DNA from: Selaginella moellendorffii
Taxonomy: Eukaryota > Plantae > Lycopodiophyta
Length of the DNA stretch: 64,000 bases
Reading direction: 5' to 3'
NCBI RefSeq assembly: GCF_000143415.4
Contig: NW_003314268.1
Location: 2,860,559 to 2,924,558 of the forward strand
Shown here: piece by piece, positions 47,924 to 62,157 of the stretch
Layout: every line of letters starts with the position of its first letter
Position numbering within the stretch: position 1 is the stretch's first letter
The notes under the pieces: generated by a model
Database searches by the model: none
What the model saw: only the letters and a program-made list of their open reading frames with translations
Told to the model about the DNA's origin: nothing
Program-made: the position numbers and the translations under genes

Positions 47924-50900
47924 ATGGTTTCTTACAGGCGCCTCCAATCCACAGTGGAGGTGGTGCTGGCGGGATCGCCATCGCCACAGCAGCGCACGGA
48001 GCTCTTCCATATGCTGCATTTGTGCCGCCCAGAGTTCGAATCGTTCCTCCTCTATCCGGTAAGCTAGGTCACCGTAGAGATTCTTCCGCAAAGCCCTAAA
48101 CCCCGAGGAAATGTGCGTCAGGAGCCCAAGGCAGCCGATCGAACAGAGGTTTTATCGAAAGAAGTGAAGCTGCCGGACGCGCCGCCCACCGTGCTCGACG
48201 ATCAGGATGTTCAAATTGTATGCTAGGAGTTTTCCTTCTTAGCTTTTAACGTTCTTTGCTTTGATCGCAGGCTTTGAAACTCAGTGACGACTATCATTTG
48301 AATGAGATCGATTGCGTGAGTCTTCTCGTCGCTGCTCATCAAGAGGTGAAAAACGACCTTAAGTTTGTGCAGGTCTCACGTACGTAATTTTTGTTTTGCG
48401 CAGTGGAATCTCTTAGGACGTGAGCCTCTCGAGGGCCTCCGACTATCAGCAGGGTTGTGGTTCACGGAAAGAAGAGCGCTAATCAACTCCTTGCAGCTTA
48501 TTCTGAGAGTAAAGTTTGCGGCTTTGTTTATGTTTGTTTTCTTATGAGTTCTTTTCTTGCCAGAACAGGCCGTTGTGCTTGACGAAGAGCTTGATCCAGA
48601 CTTGGTCGTTGATCTTCGACAATACATCGAGAGTTTGATTGACGCTGGACTACGCAAGCGACTTGTGACACTTATCAAGGTACCCTTGCGTCACTTGTAT
48701 CGCATCGGGGACTATATGCCACTTAACAGGAACTTGGTCGCGAAGATCCGTCTGGCTTAGGCGGGCCAGGGGTTGAGCCTTATGTTATGGATGCCAGGGG
48801 AGCTCTTGTACTACGTCATGACGTCGCACTTAGAGAACGGCTTAGCATATGCCAGTGTTTGGTCTTTTCATGCCTTATTGTTCGGATCAGTAAGTTTCTG
48901 AGGTCTTTGTTGCTGTAGTTTATTTTCTCTTCTTGTAGATTCGCAAGAAGCAAAAGACATCTATGGTCTTGTTAAGGACTGTTCGGGAGATCCATTTTCG
49001 TCACAATCCGTCGTCAAGCTTCAGGTGTCTTCCTATGCGTGCTGATCACTTACAATATCCCCTGTCGCAGATAGCGTACACAGTGATGTTTACCCTTGCA
49101 ATCTCGTTAATATCGGATGCTCTCGGTGGTGGTCACGAGATGGGATCTGTGCTTTCGCCAGATGCTGTATTTCGCCGTGAGTTCCATAATCAGGTACCAG
49201 TTCTGCAAGATAGTTTCTCTCCTGATTTTTCTTCAGGTTATGGAGGTGGGGCTTGAGAGCACAACGAAAGGTTTTACAGATGTCATTAGACTAGTATGGG
49301 GGGTCTTCCTTATGTCTAACGTTGACACGAGCGGTATTTCAATCAACGAATCACAATCTGATATAACAAATGCTCGAGCATGTCTTGATCACGCTTGCGA
49401 GCAGAACGTTTTTAAATTCCTCGTTGAGAAAATTTTAAAAGCTGCCGCCTTCGAGGTAACGGTTATTTACATTTTTGCGAGGCTGGTTATTTATATGGCA
49501 TGGCAGAATGATGATCCAGATCTTGTGTTCATGTACAATGCTTATTTGCACAAACTTTTCATAATATTTTTGTCCAATCCAATCGGCAGAGAGAAGGTAC
49601 GTTAAATGTTCTTCAACACTTCTAGGATTTACTTTTTGACGTCCTCAATAGATCAAAGATTTGAAGAATGTCGCCATGTTTTCTGATCCATATCCGACCG
49701 AGGAGCCAATGGAGGATGATTTGATAACACGCCGTCAAGCTATGCAAACACAAGCTGATCCTTTTATATCTTTGCTCGAGCTTATATCAGAAGTCTACCA
49801 GGTGATTTTCCATTGTTCTTACGTTCTCTTACGGAATTTGTTGTTTATCAGAGAGAACCAGCACTTGTTTCTGATAATGAAGTTCTTTGGAACTTCATAA
49901 GATTCATAAGCGAAGACCATTCAAGCTACCTTACATTAGTTGCTTTTCTCAAGATGCTGGTTGGATTGGTAAGCCCAAAAAATCACGACTGTGTTTTCAT
50001 AAAACCTTTACAGGCTTGCAGTGAGGAAGGGGCTAGACAAGTGTACCAGATGCTACAGAACAAGACTTTCCGTACTGTTAGTTGGCAGACGCTTTTTAAT
50101 TCGCTCAATGTCTATGAGGAGCACTTCAGACATTGCATTCAAACAAGCGGTTCTTTGCTCCCTCCTTTTCAGGAGGGAGATGCCAAAGCTCTTGACGCCT
50201 ATTTGCAAGTTTTGAAAAAGGTACTTCGCTAGTTTGCTGGTGATATTGACGTATGATCATTCTTTTCAAGGTCTTGGAGGCTGGTAGCGAGGTGGAAAGG
50301 GCACTCTGGTTCCCGGATATTGAACCGCTTTTTAAGCTTCTCCCATTTGAAAATGTTCCACCGTATTTGAAGGTCGCGTTTTCCAGTGTTGTCATGCGGA
50401 ACTAATACTGGATTTGCACAGGGATCTTTGCGAAATGCAATCTCTGCCTTTGTTCCGTTATCTCCAGTTATAAGAGACAGAGTATGGAGCTTACTGGATG
50501 CTTATGATCTTCCTCTGTCAGCTGCCACTACATTGGGAGGAGCCAATGTGCAACAAGTTTACGACATGACGTTTGAACTGAATGAAGTGGAGGCAAGGCA
50601 AGAAGAATATCCCTCTACAATTTCATATTTGAACCTGCTGAATGTTCTGATGGCAAATGACCCCGACAAGTCTCACAAGGGTCAAAAGTAAGACTGAAAT
50701 TTCGTTTATTTCTTTCTTTTAAGTGTTTTTCTCAGATTCGCTGGCATATTCAAGTTTGTCCGAGATCAGGTGTTCGGTCCGTATGCTCAAAGGGCCTATG
50801 CTGATCCCACATATAAATGGCAGATGGTGGTTGCATCCCTTAGGCACTTCCAAATGTATGTTTTGTAATTTGTTTTTTTCCTAGAGTTCTTTGTTGACAG

Positions 50901-53900
50901 CATTGTATTCATAGGATGCTGACGCTATATGATGTGTCCGAGGGGGATCTTCAAAATTCCTTGGAAGGATCTGAGCAGAGCTTTGGCGGAGCAAAGCTGT
51001 ATCTTCCACCAATTGAAATAATGAAGGTACGTATGGTATTTTTTATGATGTTTTAAGCGAAACGTTTTCAGGATTTGATGGGCGGAAAATCTATCTTCCG
51101 AAGTCTCATGAGCATTGTTATGCTTGGAGCTGATTTTGTACTGGAGGAACGCATTAGCAAAAACTATGGTCCATCTCTTGAGGAAGCGGTGCAGCTTTGT
51201 TTGGAGCTTTTAGTTATTGCCTTTCAGAAAGATATTTTTTATGCCGACCACTGGCGACCGATTTATCAGGTACAACTCTTTTTGTTTCGTAGCGTTTCAA
51301 CTTTCGTATGCTTATTTTGTAGACTATCGATGCTATATTGTCGCATGACAGCCGCCAAATCATAACCTTGATCCAGTACATCCATTATGAATCGCTATCA
51401 ACTATCCAACATCTGTCGATCAAGATCATGGATGTCTTTAGGTGCGATTGTTTTACACCATCGAATTGCGCTAAAAGAGTTTTATTGGACAGTTCTCGAT
51501 TGCCACACATAGTTTCTTTAATTGTCGATGCCAATGCCGCAACAAATCTTGTTGAGGACTATGCAGCCTGTTTAGAAGCCCGCAGTCATGAACTTCAGAC
51601 TTCTGACTGTGTTAAAGAAGATTCGGGCTCTCTTATTTTGCGGGTATGGAAGCTTCTTCTTTCTTTTCTTTATATAACATCATTGTGTATACACAGCTGC
51701 TTTTGTCAAACTTGAATCGACCTTCTCCAAATCTAGCTCATTTGTTACTCACGTTTGACATAGATCAACCTGTTGAACGGACAATCCTTCAACCAAAACG
51801 CGTATACAGGTGCGTCTTGTTTTTCAAATTTCTACTCTGAACTATCATATCAGCTGCATGCGAGTTATATTGGAGCTTCTGGAATCACGCGCGAGGCCAG
51901 ATGCAAACTCCTCGTTGCACGAGCTGGGATTTCAGGCAAGATGAAATACATTGTCCTTTTGACGTGCTCTTACCTATTGTTAAGTTCTACAGCTGGTGTA
52001 TGAGCTCTGTGTCGATGAATTTACAAGTGGCCCGATGCTTGACCTTATGCGAACGGAGAAATACGATTTCTTTTCTTGCGTACGTCCTCGTTTAATTTCC
52101 CGCTAACAAGTTCTTGCATCTTCGGCCTTATGACTCGTCATTTTTGCAGCATTTGGACTCTGCTTGTGAGCCACTTCCTAAGCGAGAGACAAACCATTCT
52201 TTACGTATTAGCAGTTTGCAGCAGGTATGCATAGCCTAGCTCGCGACGTCTAGATGTACTTCATTTGTTTTCTGCAGAGAGCATGGCTTTTTAAGCTATT
52301 GGCACTGGATTTGCATGTCAGTGACATGGATGTTTTGTCACATCGTCGGAGTTGTCGTCGCCTTGTGGGGAAGCTTTTTATGGACGAAAGCGTGGATCCT
52401 CTGCCTGTGACAAATGCCGTGCCGGCGTTGCTTACTAACTATGGCCTTCAAAAAATGAAGGTTCGTTACAATCTGTTAATTGCTCGTTTTGTAACTATGA
52501 GTACGTCTATCAGGTTCTGGAGCTCCTTGATATCTTGCAGTTTTCTTTGGCAGAGCCTCCAACCGAAATTCCACAGTGCATAGAAGACTTTAAAGAAGAT
52601 TTGAAGGTCTGTAATTCTGTGAAGCTCCTGGAGAGTGTTGATAAAACATTATGTCAGGTTGAAGAGATTCTGAACAATCCAGCATTGGTCGACGATGGTG
52701 GCATCTATACGCTTTCAGAACGTGGCGACAGAATAATCGATCTGACTGCTTTCAGGGACAAGCTTTGGCAGGTTAGTAACGTTCTCGAGAGATTGGACCT
52801 TGGACCGATAAGCGTTAACAGGCGTGCAAGAGGCTAGAAATGCAATATAACATTTTGGCAAATGAGCGACGCCAAGTGGCAGTACGTGACGCCGTGCAGC
52901 AGCTACTTAGGTGGGCATGGAAGCGCAACAAGTTTTTGGAAGAACAAGCTGCACAGTTACACATGCTTGTGGGATGGACCCAACTAGTAGAGGTAAGCAC
53001 GTTGGGACCTTAAACGTTTGCTTAATTCTTGTATTTCAGGTGACATTCTCCAGACGATTTGAGTTCTTAGGGAACCGCATTCAAGTGATCTATGAGTAAG
53101 ATACTACATTTGGTTGCAACTGGAGTTCTAATGCATTGATTTTTAATAGCACACTGGAAGCGGTTTTGGACGCAAGTTGTTCTTCAGACTGTTCTTTGAG
53201 CATGGCTTATGTCTTGAGCCAGGTAAGGAAAATTGTATTATTATTATTTATTTATTTTCTTTTCTCTTTTTATTTTCGCACCTGAGAGTCAAGAATTTTT
53301 GTTTCAGGTTGTGCTGACATCAATGGCAAAACTTCAAGATCATGGTATATTTGCGCCTGGTGAAGAAGATTACAATGATGACGCTACATATGGAGATGTT
53401 TTGACAACGGTCCGTTTACCCAATACCGCGTGCCAGACCATCCTCTCGAAACTCCTTACCGGTGTATTGCGACCTGAGTCATCTGAAGCTTTAAGACGAA
53501 GGTACGATGCTTATTGGAATAAAATCTTGACCACTCTAGCTGGATGCTTTCAGGCAATTTGCATCTTTGTTAAGCTATTTTCATTATTGCCAAGGCATGG
53601 TAAATTCGGAACTTTCGGTTTCCATGATGCGGGGACTTTTGATGGAGGGGCAAGACGGCGTTGAGGACACAGAATTCGAAAAGGTAAGCAGTGAAGCTAC
53701 CCTTCATGAATGCTTACGTACGTTTTAAGTTGCAGCTAGAAGGGGATCAGGCCGAACTTGCTCAAATGAACTTTAATATGCTTAGGCAGGAGGCTACTGC
53801 CCTGCTTGACTTGGTAAAACTATTAGCTATGTTTTTTTTTTTAAATGTAACAATTTCTTCAGGTTGTAAAAGATGCATTACATGGAAGTGAAACGGGAAA

Positions 53901-55790
53901 GGCAATTGCGTTTTATGTTCTAGAGGCACTTGTGGCGGTTGATCGTAATCAGCTGTTCTTTGGACATTTGCAAAGCAGGGGTTTATTGAACAGCTGCTTC
54001 ACTGATATTAGTACAAATTCTTATCAGGTGAAAGAAGTCATTACAATGTTTTCTCGCTGTTTAGTAACTTCTCGAACATACAGGCTTTAATTCTACCTTC
54101 TCGTGACATGATCCGACGTCTATATACTCTTGAGGCTGAATTGGCATTACTTTTAAGAGTGTGTTTTCACAACAAGAAACGAGGCGCGCAAGCATTGTTT
54201 GCCATGGGTGCCATCCAACATCTGTCATCCTGTAAAGCTATTGATGTCCAGCTGACGGTAAACTGAATTTAAGAGCGTATCTCAAAATGTGGTTTGTTCT
54301 GTGAAATAGGACGATGCGAGGAAGGAGCATATGGGAATTGGACTGCCATCACAACATGACAGGCAGCATCAGATTGTCATACCCGTTCTGAGGTTGATTT
54401 TATGTTTTACGACGCTAATTGACACAGGAAGAAAAGTAAGGTGTCAATTGCTTACTGGCGCTGATTCTACGTCTTATTGAACAGGACCGCGATGAAGTAG
54501 CTCTTGAAGTTCTAGAGTTTGTTAAACTTCATCATGGTTTGTTCGACCGTATCTTGCGAGACGATGGGACGAAAATGTATCTGGCAGACCTCGAAGAACT
54601 CCATTTGGCGACTGCAATTTTATCGAAGGTATATCATAATAATTAGATGCTTCAAATTTTCTTTCCGATTATAGGTGTGGCCATTCGAGGGCTCTGAGGA
54701 CTTTGGCTTCAAACAAGGCCTGTTCAATTTGGCATACATATATTTCGCGCAGGATAATCAATCACGTAGTGGATTCATTCAGTTTTCTAAAAGCCAACGT
54801 CAAAATATGGGGGTACCTGCTGAGGTAAGATTAGTTTCCTAGCGATTGCAAGTGATTGTGTATTTCGCTGTCGCAGGACTCAAAGAAAATAGAGCTTCTT
54901 GTGACGCGCCTTCGTGGCAATCTGGTTTCCTACATTCACACATTAGTCAGCAAGCAGGGAATGAGACTAAACATCTCTGGAACAGACGTATGAGATTTTT
55001 GCTACGAGAAACTGGTTAGTTACTAACAAGCTGCATTTTCAGAGTTCTGAGGTGGTTATGCGACACTACACCTTGGGACTTCAAAGGCAACCCAGCCTCA
55101 AGCTTGTCTCAAGTCTTTTGGAACAGGCGGCTTTAGATCTCGAATCTTCTGCGGAAGAGAAAATGCTTATCGTGGCTAAGGTTCGGCGTTGAACAGTTTT
55201 GAAGCATCCAACCTGTTTGTTCTTGCAGCTTCCTGATATTAACGAGCTTACAAGGCAGGAAGTCGATGACATCGCAAAGTCTAAGCAAGGGTCCGAAATG
55301 GAAAGCATGCGAAAGAGGTCCTATCCTATTAGAGCGTTTTCGTTGCTTTGTTACTTATCACGATTTGGTTGCAGAAGGTACTTGGCAATGGTGGAGATGT
55401 GTACAGATGCCAGCATCCGCGATACTCAAATCGCTTGCCTTGTTCTCGTCGTGGAGCAAGCTTTGGAAATCCTCTACCTCCATGTCGAAGCGATGTAAGT
55501 TCATCAAACTAAAACACCCATAACTTATGGTTTGCTTTACAGACAAGAAGCTGCTCAAGGAGCCCAGGATTCAACGCAGGCACACAAAGGGGAGCTAGAT
55601 GCTCTTGGGCAGAAGCTACTCCCAACGTTTGAGAAGCTGGAGTCCATCAAAGAGGTAAGCAATAGAGCTCCCATCCTCGATCTAGAGACATGCTTTTTTT
55701 TTCATTCAGGACAAGGTAGGACGAGGAGTGAAGCACATCCACAGGCTCATTTACTCTCTAAAGTCCCAAACTCGGCGGTACTTCGATTGA
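47924..55790 (+). CDS. NUP205: Nucleoporin NUP205, dozens of tiny introns
   Basis: ALKLSDDYHLNEIDCVSLLV, GLWFTERRAL, ENVPPYLKGSLRNAI, YDMTFELNEVEARQEEYPSTISYLNLLN, LQQRAWLFKLLAL. Confidence 0.9.
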
Positions 55791-56006
55791 ATGTACAATT
55801 AGGATGATCAAAAAAGGGGAGCTGAATCTCTCCAGACAGATTATGGTGTAGAGTTTGCAAGGCGATTGCCTCACGGAATACTTTCATGCGCGTCCACGGC
55901 GAGCTCGTTAAAGCCGCCAATTTTCAAATTAATCTTACTTTATAAGTGCGTGCTCACGCTTCCCATTTTATCTTTTACATCATATAGATCTTACTTTAAC
56001 AGCTAA

Positions 56007-56087
56007 GTGGACGTGCCAGAGTGGTTATCGGGCATGACTAGAAATCATGTGGGCTTGCCCGCGCAGGTTCGAATCCTGCCGTCCACG
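56007..56087 (+). tRNA. tRNA-Ser (AGA)
   Basis: Plant-type sequence GTGGACGTGCC...CATGACTAGAAATCATG...GGTTCGAATCCTGCCGTCCACG. Confidence 0.96.
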
Positions 56088-56326
56088 AAACCTAATTTTG
56101 TTTGAAAATCTTTGAATATGACACGTCTCAGCTTTTCCCACCATCACCGGAGCTTAGGGTTAGGGCTTTTCAATTGGCGATGGCGCAATCTTCGCATCGC
56201 TTTTGTAGCCGGCATGGCATCGGCGTGGAATTCGGCTCTAATCAATCCGGCGCCAAGGTATGCCGATCCAATCTGTGAAATGGCGGAGATCGTCTCGCGC
56301 GTCCTCGTCCTCCTTGCTGCGCTTTG

Positions 56327-59143
56327 ATGGCCGCGGCGTCCTCTTCCAAGCCTAGCAAGGCCACTGGCTCCAAGGTGCCGTCTTTCACCGCCAGGAATCC
56401 AGCAGCCCCAGCGGCATTTCCAGATGCCGGGGATTTGCTCGCCAAATCGCCAACCGCGAAAACGAGGAAGAAGAGCCACTCTGGCGATGTCTGCGCGTCT
56501 TCAGCCCCGGCGCTAGCCGGTGTTCTTCACAAGTGGGTGAATTATGGAAAGGGATGGAGGCCCAGATGGTTTGAGCTCGAGGACGGCATTCTTTTCTACT
56601 ACAAGATCCATGGACCCGATAAGATTTGCGTGCAGAACGAGCAGATCAAGGCTTCCAAGATCATTGGAGATGAGTCGCGGAAGCTCTTGAAGAAGCCAAA
56701 GTTCTGTTCCCAAGGCGAGGAGAGGCAGCATCGAAGAACATTTGGAGAGGTACATTTAAAGGTACTTTTGTTTTCTTTCTTTTTTCTTTTTTTGTAAGTC
56801 ACCATAAGGTTTTCTTCTCTGATAGGTGTGCTCTCTCCGAGAGAGCAAGTCAGATGATAGGAAGTTTTACATCTATACGGGAACAAAAACTTTGCATCTC
56901 CGTGCGGAGTCGAAGGAGGACAGGACGGCATGGATGGATGCGTTAAGAACTTCCAAGGACCTTTTCCCGAAAGACATGAGCAGTTTAAGCTATCCTCCGC
57001 CGGCAGACAACATTAAAATTTCGACAGGCGCGCTCAATGAGCACCTTGTCAAGCTGGGAGTCCCCGAGCAAGGGATAAAAGAATGCGAGAAGATTATGAT
57101 GTCCGAGTTTACAAAAATCCAACACCAACTGAGAGTAATGCAACAAAAGAGGCTGTTCTTGATCGAAAAGATTAGACTTCTCGAGGTATGTTTTTTCAGT
57201 GTTTTTTCAGTTCAGGGTGATTCTACATTGTGGTGACAATGTCATCGATGTTGTCAGGCTGATAAGCTAGAGCTGGAGACTACAGTTGTAGACGAGATGC
57301 AGAACAATGCGTCTGCGGGAGCAGGGAACGTAGTGGGAGCGTTGAAAGACCACGGTATTAAGACTCATTCATGTACGTGAAAACGTGATTCTGGCCCGTT
57401 TTCTTGCAGTTTTACGCCTTTTAGGTGCCGATGAATCAGAATCTGATGAAGACATACGGCAGGAAGTCGTGGAAGCGGAGTCAGATGACGAGGATTTCTT
57501 TGACACCAGGGAGTCTCTCTCGGAGGCATACCTTGAGAGCGCCGTGTTTAACACAACTGTGGAGCTGATTGAGAACGAGGATGTTTCAAGCAACGGGCCT
57601 TCTGGCGAGGATGTTGTATATCCTTCTGTTAAAAGGCGCACCAGGCTACCGGAACCAAAGGAAGTTGAAAACTGTGTCAGCCTTTGGTCCATGATCAGAG
57701 ACAACATTGGGAAGGACCTGAGTCGAATTTGCTTGCCAGTTTATTTCAACGAGCCACTATCGTCCTTGCAAAAATGCTTTGAAGATTTGGAGTACTCTCA
57801 ACTGCTTGATCGCGCCAGAGAATATGGACAAAATGTAACGGAAATACGATTACCAAGACTGACGCAACTCAGTGTTTTGTCTACAGGGAAACAGGCTAAT
57901 GAGAATATTGTACGTGGCAGCTTTCGCAGTTTCTGGCTACGCTTCTACAGAAGGCCGACACTGCAAGCCATTTAATCCATTGCTCGGAGAAACGTATGAA
58001 GCAGATTTTCCGGACAAAGGCGTACGCTTTATAGCTGAGAAGGTAAGCATGAACTTCTTTTCACTCTTCGAAACTAACATTGCTGGTCATTGCAGGTAAG
58101 CCATCATCCAATGGTCATTGCTTGTCACTGTCAAGGCCGAGGGTGGGAACTCTGGGGAGACAGTACGCTCAAAAGCAAGTTTTGGGGTAGATCAATTCAA
58201 CTTGATCCTGTTGGAGTACTCACACTTCAATTTGATGATGGCGAGACATTCCAATGGAGCAAGGTACAGTGAAGCCAATATACCACGTACAGCTATGACA
58301 AACTCCGTGGGTTCTCACAGGTGACGTCCTCTATAAACAATATAATTCTCGGCAAACTTTATGTCGATCACTATGGTACAATGCGTATTCAGGGTAATCG
58401 AGGTCTTTCTTGTAAGCTCAAATTCAAAGAGCAGTCTATGATAGATAGAAATCCGCATCAGGTTCGTTTTCCTTTTTAATCCTGCGTTCTATAGAGTTAA
58501 CGTATCGGTACTTTCACGTCCTGTTTCGTAGGTTCAAGGGTACGTCCACAACGAAGGCGGTGATAAACTGGCTAGTCTTATCGGCAAGTGGGATGAGAGT
58601 ATGTACTACGTGCTTGGGGATCCTGTGTCTAATGCTCGAGGCTACGACCCGATGGATACGGCCACACTACTGTGGCAAAAGAATCCTCCGGCAGAGTTCC
58701 CAACGCGATACAATCTCACCGCCTTTGCCATAACATTGAACGAAATCACCCCTGATCTCAAGGTTCGTCGATCTGCTACCCCAAGACTTTCGTGCCAATT
58801 TACGGTTGTCTAGCAGGAGAAGCTCCCACCAACAGACTCGCGTTTGAGACCGGACCAAAGATACTTGGAGAACGGGGAATACGACCTGGCAAACGCAGAG
58901 AAGCAGCGGCTGGAACAGAAACAACGCCAGGTTTGCCTGTGCTGCTCTCAAGCTGCCAGTTTCAAACCTTCTCATCCTTCACAGGCGAGAAAGTTGCAAG
59001 AGACGGGGTGGACGCCAAGGTGGTTCAAGAGAGGCAGTGATCAAGGCACTTACCGGTTCGTGAAAACGTACTGGGAAGCTCGCAAGCTTGGCCAGTGGCA
59101 GGGTTGTCCAGATATCTTCGGCCCGGACCTGGCATCGGACTGA
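56327..59143 (+). CDS. ORP1: Oxysterol-binding protein-related protein, ORP1 class (PH + ORD)
   Basis: [20 protein letters not shown] domain; DEDFFD; [43 protein letters not shown]. Confidence 0.94.
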
Positions 59144-59228
59144 GCGTAAGCTGCCACTTCGTTTTATATTTGTGAGCTTACACAACTCGTACTCTCTCTT
59201 TGGATCAGGCTCCATTCTTTTTTTCTTT

Positions 59229-59582
59229 TCACTTCTTCCGGCAAACTGTATCGACTTGAGAGATGCCGCTCGCTTCGTCGGCGTCGAGCGCTTGCCTGAG
59301 CCTGCGAATTGCGCTGGTGTCGCGAATTCCACTGGAGCGAGCGAGGTAAGCGACGAAGTCCTCGTCACTGGCTGGTTGGAGGGTCGTTGCTGTGCTGCTC
59401 CAGGGATGGGCATCGTCGGACAAGAGCTTTGATTGTCCCACTCCGGCGGCCCCTTGCAAGAGGTTCCAGCACTCGATGTAGCAGTGGAGGAGGAGCATCT
59501 GGCCGGCCTGGTGGTGCTCCTGCTGCTGGCTATGGAACGCTGAGAAGCTGCGTTTCTTGAGGGGAGCTCTTCTCTGTGCCTC

Positions 59583-59588
<6 letters not shown>
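59229..59588 (-). CDS. Hypothetical 119-aa intronless protein
   Basis: ATG directly after a (GA)n leader; GC-rich coding-like composition; KKR basic patch; no recognised domain. Confidence 0.45.

Positions 59589-59612
<24 letters not shown>
59588..59612. repeat. (CT/GA)n microsatellite
   Basis: About 12 CT units. Confidence 0.9.
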
Positions 59613-59613
<1 letters not shown>

Positions 59614-60063
59614 CCTCCCTCTTCTCTCCCTTTGCTTGGAGAAAAAGTTTTGAGAAGATCATGGATCTTTCTTTTTTCCTGGTTGTGGACACCAATTCGA
59701 CAGATGGTGAGATGATAGAAAAAGTGGGGACACCTTTTTACAAGTGGCACCATTATTCGTGTTTTACTACAGGTTAAACTTTTGTTTACCTCTTACCTTT
59801 TACCACAAAACTATCTTTACTGAAACTTCCGGATAAAAGGAGACAGTATTTTTGCAGTATAATTTTTAGTCCATTTGCGAATCTTTGGAACCTAGCGGTC
59901 GCGTTTGTATTTCCCTCGTTTCCCGCCCTAGATGCCGCGGGCGCGATGATGCGCCGCGATGGTAATCCGTCGCGCTTGGATTGACGGAGCTAACACGATT
60001 TCTCATCGCTGGACCCCTTGATATAGCGAGAGGATTTTGGAGTGGATCGATCGACTCCGGGGA

Positions 60064-62157
60064 ATGGTTGGACTGCTATGGGAGATCGCAGCAATAGCAT
60101 TGCCCGCGGCCTTTGCTCTAGCCGCAGATCCTCTATCCTCGCTTGTGGACACGATGTTTATCGGGAGAATTGGTAAGATTTCCTTTAATCCTTTTGGTTC
60201 TTTCCTTTTAACTTTTTCTTGTGAATCTCTCCTTGACAGGATCGGTGGAGCTTGCGGCAGTGGGCGTCTCCATTTCTCTCTTCAACCTCGTCTCCAAAGT
60301 TTTCAACATACCACTGCTCACCATAACCACGTCCTTTGTAGCCGAGGACAAGGCCAGCTCTCTGGAAAGCTCCTTCAGCGAGGAGAAGCAAGCTAGCGTT
60401 GCTAAAGGTATGACTTCTTTCTCTCTTGCCAATTATGCGAAAGAAGAACTCGCAGATGAAGATCCCCCACAGCAACCACGGGTACAACTTCCTGCGGTAT
60501 CGTCGTCGCTCGCTCTGGGTCTGATCCTCGGACTAGCAGAGGCAGCTCTGCTCGCCGGTGGATCGTCGCAGGTTTTGAAACTCATGGGAGTTCCTCCGGT
60601 AGACCAAGCGTTTTTCCACCTTTTTGATCACCAGACTAACGCATGGAATCTTGCAGCATTCGGACATGTTTGTTCCAGCAAAGCAGTATCTCTTGTTGCG
60701 CTCCATCGCCTCACCAGCCATCGTTGTGTCCTTGGCAATTCAGGGAAGCTTTCGTGGTTTCAAAGACACCAAGACGCCGCTATATGCCACAGGCAAGATC
60801 AAAGTCGTTGAAAACCAATTGTTTGCTTAAACTGTTCTTGGCAGTGCTGGGAAACGTTGTTCACATTGCCTTGGACCCAGTGCTGATGTTTACACTCCGG
60901 CTCAAAGTCTATGGAGCGGCAGCAGCGACCGTGATATCCGAGTAAGAATAATACATTGTTTTCTTTGTGTTTTTAATGGTTGCTTGCAACTGTGGATTAA
61001 ACATGCTCTGTCTGTACCTGTGCAGCTATCTCATCCTCCTCGTACTCCTCTACAAGCTTAATCAGTCTGTCGTGTTGTTTCCCTTACGCTTGCGATGGTC
61101 GTTTTTCGGGAGGTTTTTTCGATCCGGTAAGCGAGTCAAAAACTTTGGTTCAAATAGGCTCTGAAAGCTATTGCTCTGACAGGAGGTTTGCTGCTTCTTC
61201 GCACCATTGGAACGCTCTTGACGATGACTTTTGCCACATCGCTGGCTGCTCGGCTGGGAGCTAATCCAATGGCAGCGCATCAAATTTGCGTCCAGATCTG
61301 GTTAGCCGCCTCACTGCTCTCTGATTCTCTAGCTCTTGCGGGACAGGTTGCCAGAACTCTTTTTTTTCTAAAAAGCTTTGGATGTTTTTCTAAGCCATTG
61401 TCACGTTTTCATTCTTTTTCGCCAGGCCATCGTTGCCGAGGGATTGGCAAATGCCGAGTACGACAAGGTCAAACTGGCAGCGTATCGTGTTCTTCAGGTG
61501 CTCTTTCTAAACGTTTTCTCTGCTTTGGCTTTGGCCGTAATTTTTCTATTTGGTTTGCAGATAGGATTCGGATTTGGAGTCCTTGTGTGCCTGCTGCTCT
61601 TTCTTGTCTCACAGTGGCTGTTAAGAATGTTCACGCGCGACACCGAAGTTCTTGAGATCGTGAACATCGTTTTGCCGGTCTGTAAAGCTTTGAACCTAAG
61701 AACTTTTTCTTTTTTTCGTTTTCTTACTAACCAAGACCTTGGCAGTTTGTGATTGCGACACAGCCCATCAACTCGCTGGCGTTTGTGGTTGACGGTCTAT
61801 ATTTCGGAGGATCCGACTTTGCCTTCTCTGCCTACTCAACAGTAAGATCATGTGCTCTATCCAAATTTCAAACTTCCAGTGGCCCTGTAAACTAATCTCG
61901 CGTCTTGATAGATATGCATTGGAGCTGCGTCGCTTGTTCCTCTCTTTCTGGGATCTCTCTGGTGGGGGCTGCCGGGCATATGGATTGGCCTCTCCTTTTT
62001 TATGTGCCTCCGCCTCGTCACCGGGCTGCTAAGGTTGAATTCGAGCGTAGATTTACTCGCGCGTTGTCTAAAGCTGGTATGATTTTCCAGGCTTGGAACA
62101 GCAAGTGGACCGTGGAGATTCCTCAAAGGCGACTACAAAATGGTCTTGCCGGTGTAA
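60064..62157 (+). CDS. MATE transporter of the FRD3/AtMATE (DTX42-45) clade
   Basis: IALPAAFALAADPLSSLVDTMFIGRIG, PLLTITTSFVAED, QGSFRGFKDTKTPLY, MAAHQIC, QPINSLAFVVDG, LGTASGPW. Start is uncertain. Confidence 0.92.
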
